This document shows positions 8,846-17,272 of a DNA stretch of 60,933 nt, in pieces (position 1 is the stretch's first letter; every line of letters begins with the position of its first letter). The stretch comes from a virus. Lineage: Duplodnaviria > Caudoviricetes. Under the pieces are notes generated by a model. The model worked only from the letters and a program-made list of their open reading frames with translations. It ran no database searches and was not told the DNA's origin. The position numbers and the translations under genes were made by a program. Location: the IMG/VR virus record IMGVR_UViG_3300032226_000085, positions 1 through 60,933 of that record; one strand, given 5' to 3'.

Positions 8846-9175
8846 TTGGATAAAACTAGAAAGCAGAAGTTAGAGTTACCACGCAAGATCAGGGTAGGTA
8901 AGAAGATGTATACCGTTGACATACTGGAGACGATGCTGCAAAGCGGTGACATGGCGCGGGTGCATTACGACCGCAACCGTATTGAGCTTGGCAAGAAGAG
9001 CAGCGTCACTGGTAGACGGTACTCAAAAAAAGAAATGAACGATTCGTTCTGGCATGAGTTGGTACATGCCATTCTGTACGACATGGATGAGCATCGACTT
9101 AACCGCAATGAGAAGTTCGTTACCGAGTTTGCACACCGGCTGTCAGAAGCCATTGACTCTGCGAGGTTTGAATGA
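8846..9175 (+). CDS. Putative HExxH metallopeptidase-like protein
   Basis: FWHELVHAIL...NEKFV; RBS AAAGGAG, TTG start. Confidence 0.7.
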   Translation: MDKTRKQKLELPRKIRVGKKMYTVDILETMLQSGDMARVHYDRNRIELGKKSSVTGRRYSKKEMNDSFWHELVHAILYDMDEHRLNRNEKFVTEFAHRLSEAIDSARFE

Positions 9176-9423
9176 TTACCGAAATTTACTACGATGAAGA
9201 AGCTAAAAAAATAAGAATGGAAACGTACAGGGCGGTTGCAATTAAGCCGTACCCCAACAGCACCGAGGGGGCTTTCCCATTACACGCTAAAGACTGCCCG
9301 CACAAGGGCGAGGTTTCCTGCTTCACGCAAAGCTGGTCATCCGTCTGCGGTGGGTACATGGGTCATGCAGGACTCGCGGTTATTCGTTGCCAAGAACCAT
9401 TGAGAGATACCGATGAAAAATAA
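9172..9423 (+). CDS. Hypothetical Cys-containing protein
   Basis: ATGA overlap; ORF track. Confidence 0.6.
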   Translation: MITEIYYDEEAKKIRMETYRAVAIKPYPNSTEGAFPLHAKDCPHKGEVSCFTQSWSSVCGGYMGHAGLAVIRCQEPLRDTDEK

Positions 9424-10081
9424 AGTCGTCTGGTCGCACAGTGCCTTGAAGGATTACGAGGGCTGTGCCAAGCGTTACCAAGAAGTTCGTGTCTTGAAGA
9501 ACTACCAGTTCAAAGAGACAGAGGCCACCAAGTACGGCACCGAACTTCACAAGGCAGCAGAGGACTACGTGCGGGATGGTACCCCCATCCCAGAGCAGTT
9601 CGCCTTCGTCAAGGACACGCTCGATGCACTGGTGGCCAAGCCGGGCAGGAAGCTATGCGAACACCAGATGGCGCTGACCATTGACTTGAACCCATGTGGC
9701 TGGAAGGATGAGGCTGTGTGGGTCAGGGGTATCGCAGACCTGTTGATTATTGATGACGACAACCTAACAGCTTGGATTGTGGACTACAAGACAGGCAACA
9801 ACAAATACCCAGACCGTGAACAGTTAAAGCTCATGGCCATGATGGTGTTTGCGCACTTCCCGCACATTCGCAAAGTGAATGCTGCGCTGTTGTTCGTAGT
9901 GAAGAATGACATGGTCAAGCTGAGTATGACCGTGGACGAAGCAGAACCAGCGTGGTGGGATTACAGAGAGCGCATCGCTCGTATCGAGCAGGCTCATGCA
10001 ACAGGCGTATGGAACCCAAGACCTTCTCCACTATGCCCGTGGTGTCCTGTAACCACCTGTGCCAACCATCCAAGGAGTTAA
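9413..10081 (+). CDS. PD-(D/E)XK (RecB/Cas4-like) exonuclease
   Basis: WSHSALKDYEGC, GTELH, RGIADL, IVDYKTG, QLKL, C-terminal CPWCPVTTC. Confidence 0.85.
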   Translation: MKNKVVWSHSALKDYEGCAKRYQEVRVLKNYQFKETEATKYGTELHKAAEDYVRDGTPIPEQFAFVKDTLDALVAKPGRKLCEHQMALTIDLNPCGWKDEAVWVRGIADLLIIDDDNLTAWIVDYKTGNNKYPDREQLKLMAMMVFAHFPHIRKVNAALLFVVKNDMVKLSMTVDEAEPAWWDYRERIARIEQAHATGVWNPRPSPLCPWCPVTTCANHPRS

Positions 10082-10083
10082 TT

Positions 10084-10338
10084 ATGTTTGATTGTGGCTG
10101 CGAAGTAGAGTATCTCTCTGTTGAATTTAATAGTGGCACTGGCTCTCTACACTTATCAGAAGGCCAAACCCCCCACATACAAAAAACCGCAGATTCTTTT
10201 TTTGCGATAGATGAAAACATAAAGCGAATTAATGTTTATGTGGATGGCGTGTTAGACGTAGTACTTCTATACATACCCGCGCACAATTCATGGGTTGCCA
10301 CTCCCCCAACAAAAGCCTTCTTTGGAGAAATAAAATGA
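10084..10338 (+). CDS. Hypothetical protein (84 aa), AT-rich
   Basis: RBS AAGGAG before ATG 10084. Confidence 0.6.
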   Translation: MFDCGCEVEYLSVEFNSGTGSLHLSEGQTPHIQKTADSFFAIDENIKRINVYVDGVLDVVLLYIPAHNSWVATPPTKAFFGEIK

Positions 10339-10565
10339 CACGCAACTACAAGTCCGAGTACGACAACTACCACGGCAACCCGGAGCAAGTTAAAAACCGT
10401 GCCGAGCGAGTCAAAGCTAGGCGCATGATGGAGAAGACCGGCGCTGTTACTAAGGGTGACGGCAAAGATGTAGACCACAAGAAGCCGCTGCGTTCAGGCG
10501 GCACAACAACAAAGAGCAACCTCAGAGTTCGCAGCAAGTCAGCAAATAGAAGTGATAATAAATAG
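10335..10565 (+). CDS. Small HNH endonuclease-like protein
   Basis: GDGKDVDHKKPLRSGG...SNLRV...NRS. Confidence 0.8.
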   Translation: MTRNYKSEYDNYHGNPEQVKNRAERVKARRMMEKTGAVTKGDGKDVDHKKPLRSGGTTTKSNLRVRSKSANRSDNK

Positions 10566-10574
10566 GGGAAGTAA

Positions 10575-12137
10575 ATGCAAATCGTCGATAACAAAGCGTT
10601 GCTATTTCGCACTCGCAACCCAGACAAGTATCGGGTAATTCCTAAACATAAAGTACTTAACAGGAGCGCAGATGGTACAGCGGAGATTGCAGTTTATTGG
10701 GGGCTTGATGAAGCGCGGGTTCTCAAGAACCTTGGCGTCAAAGACGTTCCTTCGCCTATCACTAGGCGGTATAACTGGCCGGGTAAGTACACACCGATGG
10801 CGCACCAGATTGAAACGGCAGCGTTTCTCACTATGCATAAGAAAGCGTTCGTGTTTTCGGAGCCGGGAACTGGCAAGACTCTTTCGGCTCTATGGGCAGC
10901 GGACTACTTGATGCAACGTGGGGATGTGCGGCGCTGTCTCATTTTGTGCCCGCTCTCTATTATGCAGTCAGCATGGCTAGGTGACTTGAACAACAGCATC
11001 ATTCATCGCTCCGCGATTATCGCGCACCACGCGCAGGCTGGTCGCCGTATCGAAATGGTTCAGCAAGACTACGACTTTGTTATTGCCAACTACGATGGAC
11101 TAAACTTGATTGCTGACGAGGTTATCAATGACGGACGCTTTGATCTTGTTATCGTCGATGAAGCCAACGCATACAAGACCATGACCACCAAGCGTTGGAA
11201 GGCGTTGAAGGCTGTAGTCGGACCCAACACCCACCTGTGGATGATGACGGGTACGCCAGCATCGCAGTCACCTGCGGATGCGTATGGGTTAGCTAGGTTA
11301 GTCAACCCTGATGGTGTGCCTAAGTTCTTCACAGGCTGGCGCGATAAGGTCATGAACAAAGTCACGCAGTTCAAGTGGGTGCCGAAAGCCAGCGCAGCGG
11401 AGGATGTTCATGAAGCCTTGCAGCCCGCCATACGCTTTACCAAAGAGCAGTGCCTTGATTTGCCCCCAGTACTCACCATGACGCGAGAGGTACCGCTGAC
11501 ACCACAGCAAGCCAAGTACTACAACCTGTTGAAAGAACGCATGATGGTGCAAGCAGCAGGTGAGACCATCACTGCTGTGAATGCCGCTGCCGGGGTATCT
11601 AAGCTATTGCAAATATCATGCGGCGCAGCGTACACAGATGATAAGGAAGTCATTGAGTTCGATGCTGCCCCACGCCTCTCAGTGCTGGAGGAAATACTGG
11701 AAGAGACTTCACGCAAGGTCATCATCTTCGCTTTGTTTCGCAGCACCATCAGTGCCATACACACGCACTTGCTCAAAAGAAACATCAGTGCCGAGGTCAT
11801 CCACGGTGACATCACACCGCCCAAACGCGCAGACATTATTCGACGTTTCCAGACAGAGAAAGACCCACGAGTACTTGTCATGCAGCCTCAAGCAACTGCA
11901 CACGGTATCACCTTGACTGCTGCGGATACGGTGGTGTTCTTCGGTCCGTTGATGTCTGTTGAACAATATATCCAGTGTATTGCACGGGCTGACCGCAAGG
12001 GGCAGGACTCTGACAAGGTCACCGTTATCCACATTCAGGGAAGCCCTATTGAGAAACGTATGTTCAAGGCGCTGGAGGGCAAGGTCACAGATAACAGTCT
12101 GCTAACGCAGATGTTCAACGCTGAAATAAAAACGTGA
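10575..12137 (+). CDS. SNF2-like superfamily 2 helicase
   Basis: EPGTGKT, IVDEA, MTGTP, HGITLT, QCIARADRKGQ. Confidence 0.9.
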   Translation: MQIVDNKALLFRTRNPDKYRVIPKHKVLNRSADGTAEIAVYWGLDEARVLKNLGVKDVPSPITRRYNWPGKYTPMAHQIETAAFLTMHKKAFVFSEPGTGKTLSALWAADYLMQRGDVRRCLILCPLSIMQSAWLGDLNNSIIHRSAIIAHHAQAGRRIEMVQQDYDFVIANYDGLNLIADEVINDGRFDLVIVDEANAYKTMTTKRWKALKAVVGPNTHLWMMTGTPASQSPADAYGLARLVNPDGVPKFFTGWRDKVMNKVTQFKWVPKASAAEDVHEALQPAIRFTKEQCLDLPPVLTMTREVPLTPQQAKYYNLLKERMMVQAAGETITAVNAAAGVSKLLQISCGAAYTDDKEVIEFDAAPRLSVLEEILEETSRKVIIFALFRSTISAIHTHLLKRNISAEVIHGDITPPKRADIIRRFQTEKDPRVLVMQPQATAHGITLTAADTVVFFGPLMSVEQYIQCIARADRKGQDSDKVTVIHIQGSPIEKRMFKALEGKVTDNSLLTQMFNAEIKT

Positions 12138-12144
12138 AAGGGGG

Positions 12145-12188
12145 TTGCAAACGAAACTGGTTTTAGGTAATCTGTCAAACGCTAGACA
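12145..12188 (+). promoter_or_regulatory. Putative sigma70 promoter with overlapping TGTC-N8-GACA operator
   Basis: TTGCAA-17 nt-TAATCT; TGTCAAACGCTAGACA at 12173-12188. Confidence 0.55.
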
Positions 12189-12206
12189 AAATAATAGGAG
12201 AAGCAA

Positions 12207-12611
12207 ATGAATGAAACCATCATTCCGCTGGACAAGCTTGCGAAAATTTATCGCAAGATCAAGATGGAGATCGACACGCTGACGCAAGAGTACGACACTA
12301 AGTTGGAAGCACTCAAAGCGCAGCAAGACGAACTTCGTTTCGCAATGAAAGACCAGATGAAGGCGCTTGGCGTCAAGTCGGTCAACACCACCTTCGGTAC
12401 CGTGTCATTGGTAAACAAAACCCGTTACAACACACAGGACTGGGACTCGTTTAAGAAGTTCATCATCGAGCACGATGTCGTAGACCTGTTGGAGAAACGG
12501 ATTGCGCAAACCAATATGGCGCGGTTCCTTGAAGAAAATCCGGCGCTTGTACCACCCGGATTAAACGCATACACGGACTTCGAAGTTCGTGTGACTAAAC
12601 CTACTAAGTGA
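12207..12611 (+). CDS. Coiled-coil replication/recombination-module protein
   Basis: N-terminal coiled coil, T.FGTV, DWDSF..FI, LLEKRI, PPGLN. Confidence 0.7.
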   Translation: MNETIIPLDKLAKIYRKIKMEIDTLTQEYDTKLEALKAQQDELRFAMKDQMKALGVKSVNTTFGTVSLVNKTRYNTQDWDSFKKFIIEHDVVDLLEKRIAQTNMARFLEENPALVPPGLNAYTDFEVRVTKPTK

Positions 12612-12619
12612 GAACTCAT

Positions 12620-13567
12620 ATGTCCGATCTAACTGTATTCAATCCCGCACAAGTACCCGACTTCGCACGTAACAACGAACTGTCTGAAACCGCACTGGCT
12701 CTTACCGGTGGTGGCACTGGTGGTAGCGTCAAGCGCATCTCGATCAAAGGCGGCGTGTTCCGTCTGGTGTCGGGCGGTAAAGAAATTGCTGCTATCGAAG
12801 ACCGTCACCTCGATGTGATTATCGTCAAGGCCGCACCCAAGGTCAGCCGTATTTTTTACGCTGGTGCATACGATAAGGATGCTGCCGCTGCTGCGCCTGA
12901 CTGCTGGTCTAACGATGGTGAGAAGCCTGATGCAGGTGCGAGAAACAGACAAGCGCAGACCTGCTTGTCGTGCCCACAGAACCAAGCCGGTTCGGGTCAG
13001 GGTAATAGCCGCGCTTGCCGTTATCAGCAGCGTCTGGCTGTGGTGTTGGAGAACAATCCCGGTGGTGATGTCATGCAGTTGACGTTGCCAGCGACATCGG
13101 TGTTCGGTAAGGAAGACGGCGACAAGCGCCCGCTTCAGGCATTTGCGCGTCATCTGGCCTTGTCCAACCCACCGATCAACCCAGAGCAGATCGTTACCCG
13201 CATGAAGTTCGATACCAAAGCGGAGTCGCCCAAGCTGTTCTTTACCCCGGTTCGTTGGTTGACCAATGATGAGTACGCCGTGGTCAAGACGCAAGCTGAC
13301 AGCACCGATGCAAGCCGTGCTGTTGTGATGACTGTTGCTCAGTCGGATGGCGTCAAGAGTGCTCCTGCACTGCCGGGTAAAGCGCCTGCGGTTGAAGCCG
13401 AAGAGGAAGCACCAGCACCCAAGGCAAAGACCACCAAGAAGAAAGCCGAAATCGTTGACGAAGACGAGTCCGAGCCAGAAGTTCGCAAGGAATCATCAAA
13501 GCCGTCTGGTGTGCCTGAGAAGAAGGGCAAGCTGGCCGACATCGTGGCTGACTGGGACGACGAGTAA
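12620..13567 (+). CDS. Putative ssDNA-binding/annealing protein
   Basis: RISIKGGVF, PDCWSNDG, CLSCPQN..GS...ACR; flexible linker and acidic aromatic tail ADWDDE; replication context. Confidence 0.65.
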   Translation: MSDLTVFNPAQVPDFARNNELSETALALTGGGTGGSVKRISIKGGVFRLVSGGKEIAAIEDRHLDVIIVKAAPKVSRIFYAGAYDKDAAAAAPDCWSNDGEKPDAGARNRQAQTCLSCPQNQAGSGQGNSRACRYQQRLAVVLENNPGGDVMQLTLPATSVFGKEDGDKRPLQAFARHLALSNPPINPEQIVTRMKFDTKAESPKLFFTPVRWLTNDEYAVVKTQADSTDASRAVVMTVAQSDGVKSAPALPGKAPAVEAEEEAPAPKAKTTKKKAEIVDEDESEPEVRKESSKPSGVPEKKGKLADIVADWDDE

Positions 13568-13578
13568 TTAAAGAAAAG

Positions 13579-13670
13579 CCCAGCCGGAGGTGGCGCTAAT
13601 AACACCGGCAGCGGGGGCTGGGTATCCTTTCGGAAAGTTTCATTTCATTACTCAGTGACCCCGCACTTTT
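13579..13670 (+). ncRNA. Structured intergenic RNA element (candidate)
   Basis: Stems GCCGG/CCGGC, GCGGGG/CCCCGC, CTGGGTA/TACTCAG; alternative CCCAGCC/GGCTGGG; short T-tract. Confidence 0.5.
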
Positions 13671-13688
13671 AACCACACATAAAATCCA

Positions 13689-13970
13689 ATGGCCTACTCT
13701 CAAAAAATTATAGATGCCGTTGCAGCAGCGCCTAAAAGTCCGGGCAACCAGCTTGGGCGCTGGGCTATCTATTTAGAATTTCCTGTGACCAAGATTGCAT
13801 ACGTGCTTGGCGTGACACGACAGACTGTTTACAACTGGATGATGGGTAAGACCGAAGTGTTTGTCGGCTACCAAGATCGTGTTGAGCTAATGCTAAAGAT
13901 TATGCAAGCATCCAAAACCGCTGATGAAGCATGGAGAAGAATATGCAAAGAATACAACCTCAAGCCTTGA
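13689..13970 (+). CDS. Cro/XRE-like helix-turn-helix protein
   Basis: VTKIAYVLGVTRQTVYNWMMG HTH signature. Confidence 0.8.
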   Translation: MAYSQKIIDAVAAAPKSPGNQLGRWAIYLEFPVTKIAYVLGVTRQTVYNWMMGKTEVFVGYQDRVELMLKIMQASKTADEAWRRICKEYNLKP

Positions 13971-14140
13971 CCGACAAAGAACTGGTGTCCGCATCGCTCT
14001 TGATGTTTGAACCAGACACAGGTATGCCCCTCGCCTTTCAAAAAGAAGTCATTCGTCGTTTAGCTTCGTATGTAGAAGATGCACGAATCAACATGACCGA
14101 CTACAAAGCCGCGCCTGACCAGCTTCCGCTGTTCGATTAA
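13943..14140 (+). CDS. Hypothetical protein (65 aa)
   Basis: RBS GGAG before ATG 13943; ends QLPLFD, resembling a beta-clamp-binding motif (QLxLF). Confidence 0.6.
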   Translation: MQRIQPQALTDKELVSASLLMFEPDTGMPLAFQKEVIRRLASYVEDARINMTDYKAAPDQLPLFD

Positions 14141-14157
14141 AACAATAAAGGATACCT

Positions 14158-17124
14158 ATGAACCCGCTTGATTTCATGGCGGCGGTTCTCCCACCACCGG
14201 GTAACGGGTATTACTGCGTGGCGGAACTGACATCGAAGTACAAAGAGCATGTTTATAAAGAAACACTGGAGGAACTTGAGCAAACGCTTGAAAGCTACAA
14301 GCTGAATGGATACGACACGTACTTTGCACTGGGCACATTTAAAAAGCCCGACGACAGGACAGCGCCCAATGTGGAGATGGTCAAGTGCATCGCTATTGAT
14401 GTGGACTGTAACCACCCGCTAGATTTGCCGGATGCAAGCGGTGTAATAAAACAGAAGGGCTACCCGTCCCCCAAGGCTGGGTTCGAAGCCATCATGGCGT
14501 TCATTGATGAGGTCGGACTGTCAGGTCTTGGCCAGCCTTGGTTCGTCCATTCGGGCGGTGGGGTACACGCATACTGGCCGTTGAAAGAAGCGTTGTCCAA
14601 GTCGAAGTGGAAGCCGGTGGCCGAGCAGTTTAAGCGGCTGTGCTTCTCCAAGAAGCTGGCTATTGACGCGACTGTGACGGGCGATGCCTCACGTATCCTG
14701 CGGGTACCGGACACAATCAATAACGGGGTCAAAAGCGGCAAAAAGGTCAGGGGTGTCACCAATGTTCGCTTCATGAACGAGGGGGACTTGTTCGACGTTG
14801 AGGACATCAAGGCGCTGGTCAATAAGCATCTGGCTGGCACACCCTACGAGTCCAAGCCCACACCCCCGGCCAACGTGGTCGAGCTTCCCGGTCAACGCCC
14901 GACGCTGCCCACAACCACTGAAGCAACCGGCACCAGCGTCAAGCTGTTCGAGAACTCGGTGACTAAGTTTCGCAAGATCGTCGAGCGTACCAAGCAGGGC
15001 ACAGGCTGCGGTCAACTTGCACACTACATGGAGAATGCCGAGCAGGATGGCATGGAGCCGCTGTGGCGTGGGTTGTTGTCGATAGCGCAGAAGTGCGAGG
15101 AAGCACCCAAGGCGGTTATCTGGCTCTCCCAGATGCACCCGTACGACGAAGACCGGATGAACACCAAGCTGCGGGAGATCAAGGGTCCGTACCCCTGTAC
15201 CAAACTCGACAGCGAGAACCCCGGCGTATGTACATCCTGTACACACTGGGGCAAGATCACCAACCCGCTGGCACTGGGGCGCGAGTATGCCGTTGAGGTA
15301 GCGCCCAAAGAGATTGATGTGCAGGTGGAGAACGAGCAGTATGCCCGCAAGGTGCTGCGTCCTGAACCGCCCAAGGGTTACGCCTACGGCAAGCAGGGCG
15401 GTGTGTTCATTGAGAAGGACGATGAGGATGCCGAGGGCAACAAGATCAAGCGCCAGATTATGCTCATCCCCTACGACTTGTTCCCTGTGGACATTCTGAA
15501 CTCCGGGGGCGAACACACGGTACACATGATGGCAATCAGGAACGGCAACCCAAGCACCATCACCATCCCCCAGAAGAGCGTTGTCAGTAAAGACGAGACC
15601 ATGAAGCACCTTGCCAACCAAAACATTCTGGCGTCTTTCGGATCAGGTAACGACAAGAACCTGTACGACTACGTCCGTGCCTGTGTGGAGAAGGTAAGCG
15701 TTGAGAAGCGCACAGTCAGTGTGCCCACCAGCTACGGCTGGCAAGCGGATGACACGTTCGTCTTTGCTGGGAAAATCTACACACCCACTGGTCAGATCGA
15801 CGTGCCCATGGAAGGGCTGGAGAACATCATTGCCAACACCAAACCCACCGGCTCAATCGAGCAGTGGCGGGCGGTCATCAACCTGTTCATCCAGAAGAAA
15901 ATGTGGCAGCACGTGTGCATCATGCTGGCAGGTGCTGGCGCTCCGCTTATGCGCTTCACAGGCATTTACGGCATGACGTTCCACTGCGGCTCAACCAATT
16001 CAGGTACAGGTAAATCATTGGCGCTGGACGCTGCGGCTTCTGTCTGGGGTCACCCAGTGCATTACCGTACCAGTAAAGGTACGTCTCCTGTGGCTATGCA
16101 GCAGCGCCTTGGGTTACTGCACAGCATTCCCCTGATAACGGATGAGATCACAGCGAAGAACCGGAAAGACTTTGGGTGGTTCTCCGAGTTCATACTGGAC
16201 ATGACCAATGGACGGGGTAAGGAGCGTATGGAGTCTGGCTCCAACAAGGAGCGTATGAATCTGTCTACGTGGATGGGTAATGCCATCATGTCGTCCAATA
16301 CGTACACAGTAGACTACTTCACAGGCGCACAGTCCCACTCAGCAGAAGGCGAACTGCGGCGCTTGCTTGAGTTTGCAATGAACGATGTACTTACATGGGA
16401 ACCACATGAGATTGAGATCATTAAATCGTTGGCGGATAATTACGCGGTCGCAGGGCACATGCTCGTTGACTATATGGTCAAGAATGTGGACAAGCTTAAA
16501 GAGTTGGTTCCGCAAGTAGTGCGCCGTATGTACGGTGAGTACCGTGCTACCAATGATGAGCGTTTCTGGATGGCAGGTATTGGCGCAGCGGTTGCCGCAG
16601 GTATTCTGTTTTCTGATGAGCACTGTGGTGCAATCAACATCCCGATGCAGCCTGTGTTGGATACGTTTGGCAACGCCGTGCGGTACATGCGTAATGCCAT
16701 CAACACCGGCACACGCTCTGCTGAAGATGTCCTGAACTCGTTTACTCAGGAGTACTACGGCAACTTTATCATCGTGAAGTTTAACTCAACTGAAGGTGTG
16801 CTGGCAGAGCTTGGCAACGGTGGGGCGATTGATGCGTCTACAACCCGAACCAAGATCATGGGGCGCATTGAGCATGGCGCAACTGTCGGGTTTACGGACT
16901 ACTACATCGAGGAGCGATTATTAAAAGCGTTCTGCTCCACCATGAGCTTCGGCTACGCCGACTTTAAGAAGTATCTGGAGGAGCAGTTCATGGTGTCGTA
17001 CATGCCCAAGAAAGACATGACCGCCAAAACCAAAGGACCACCGATGCGTGTGTCCGTTATAAAGATAAGCCGCCGATCTGATGAAGAAGACTTTGCGAGT
17101 AACGTACCCTTGGTCGCAGCTTAA
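14158..17124 (+). CDS. Primase-helicase (RepB/AEP-type primase, Cys cluster, DUF927-like NTPase)
   Basis: IDVD, SGGGVHAYW, RILRVP, PYPC...C..C.HWGKITNP, SYGW, SGTGKS Walker A, ITDE Walker B. Confidence 0.85.
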   Translation: MNPLDFMAAVLPPPGNGYYCVAELTSKYKEHVYKETLEELEQTLESYKLNGYDTYFALGTFKKPDDRTAPNVEMVKCIAIDVDCNHPLDLPDASGVIKQKGYPSPKAGFEAIMAFIDEVGLSGLGQPWFVHSGGGVHAYWPLKEALSKSKWKPVAEQFKRLCFSKKLAIDATVTGDASRILRVPDTINNGVKSGKKVRGVTNVRFMNEGDLFDVEDIKALVNKHLAGTPYESKPTPPANVVELPGQRPTLPTTTEATGTSVKLFENSVTKFRKIVERTKQGTGCGQLAHYMENAEQDGMEPLWRGLLSIAQKCEEAPKAVIWLSQMHPYDEDRMNTKLREIKGPYPCTKLDSENPGVCTSCTHWGKITNPLALGREYAVEVAPKEIDVQVENEQYARKVLRPEPPKGYAYGKQGGVFIEKDDEDAEGNKIKRQIMLIPYDLFPVDILNSGGEHTVHMMAIRNGNPSTITIPQKSVVSKDETMKHLANQNILASFGSGNDKNLYDYVRACVEKVSVEKRTVSVPTSYGWQADDTFVFAGKIYTPTGQIDVPMEGLENIIANTKPTGSIEQWRAVINLFIQKKMWQHVCIMLAGAGAPLMRFTGIYGMTFHCGSTNSGTGKSLALDAAASVWGHPVHYRTSKGTSPVAMQQRLGLLHSIPLITDEITAKNRKDFGWFSEFILDMTNGRGKERMESGSNKERMNLSTWMGNAIMSSNTYTVDYFTGAQSHSAEGELRRLLEFAMNDVLTWEPHEIEIIKSLADNYAVAGHMLVDYMVKNVDKLKELVPQVVRRMYGEYRATNDERFWMAGIGAAVAAGILFSDEHCGAINIPMQPVLDTFGNAVRYMRNAINTGTRSAEDVLNSFTQEYYGNFIIVKFNSTEGVLAELGNGGAIDASTTRTKIMGRIEHGATVGFTDYYIEERLLKAFCSTMSFGYADFKKYLEEQFMVSYMPKKDMTAKTKGPPMRVSVIKISRRSDEEDFASNVPLVAA

Positions 17125-17272
17125 GCGTGGGCAGGGGTTCTTTGTTCCTTGTCTGGACCCGGAGGCCGTCATACAAGACGGCCTCCGTAAGGCTTTAGTC
17201 CACCGCATCTTCCACGCCAAGGCCAGCGTGGGGGTAAAGAACGGCCTTACTGGGGTCTGGTTTCACCTGTAA
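17081..17272 (+). CDS. Small hypothetical protein (63 aa)
   Basis: YPWSQLKRGQGFFVPC...GVWF; last gene of the + arm. Confidence 0.6.
   Translation: MKKTLRVTYPWSQLKRGQGFFVPCLDPEAVIQDGLRKALVHRIFHAKASVGVKNGLTGVWFHL

Noticed and set aside
9413-10081. Cas4 as part of a CRISPR system
   Set aside because: Stand-alone PD-(D/E)XK exonuclease in a replication module; no array or other cas genes.
14689-15621. Long antisense ORFs (for example 310 aa opposite the primase, 221 aa opposite the SSB-like gene, 227 aa opposite the head gene)
   Set aside because: Shadow frames of well-supported genes, with no motifs or RBS.
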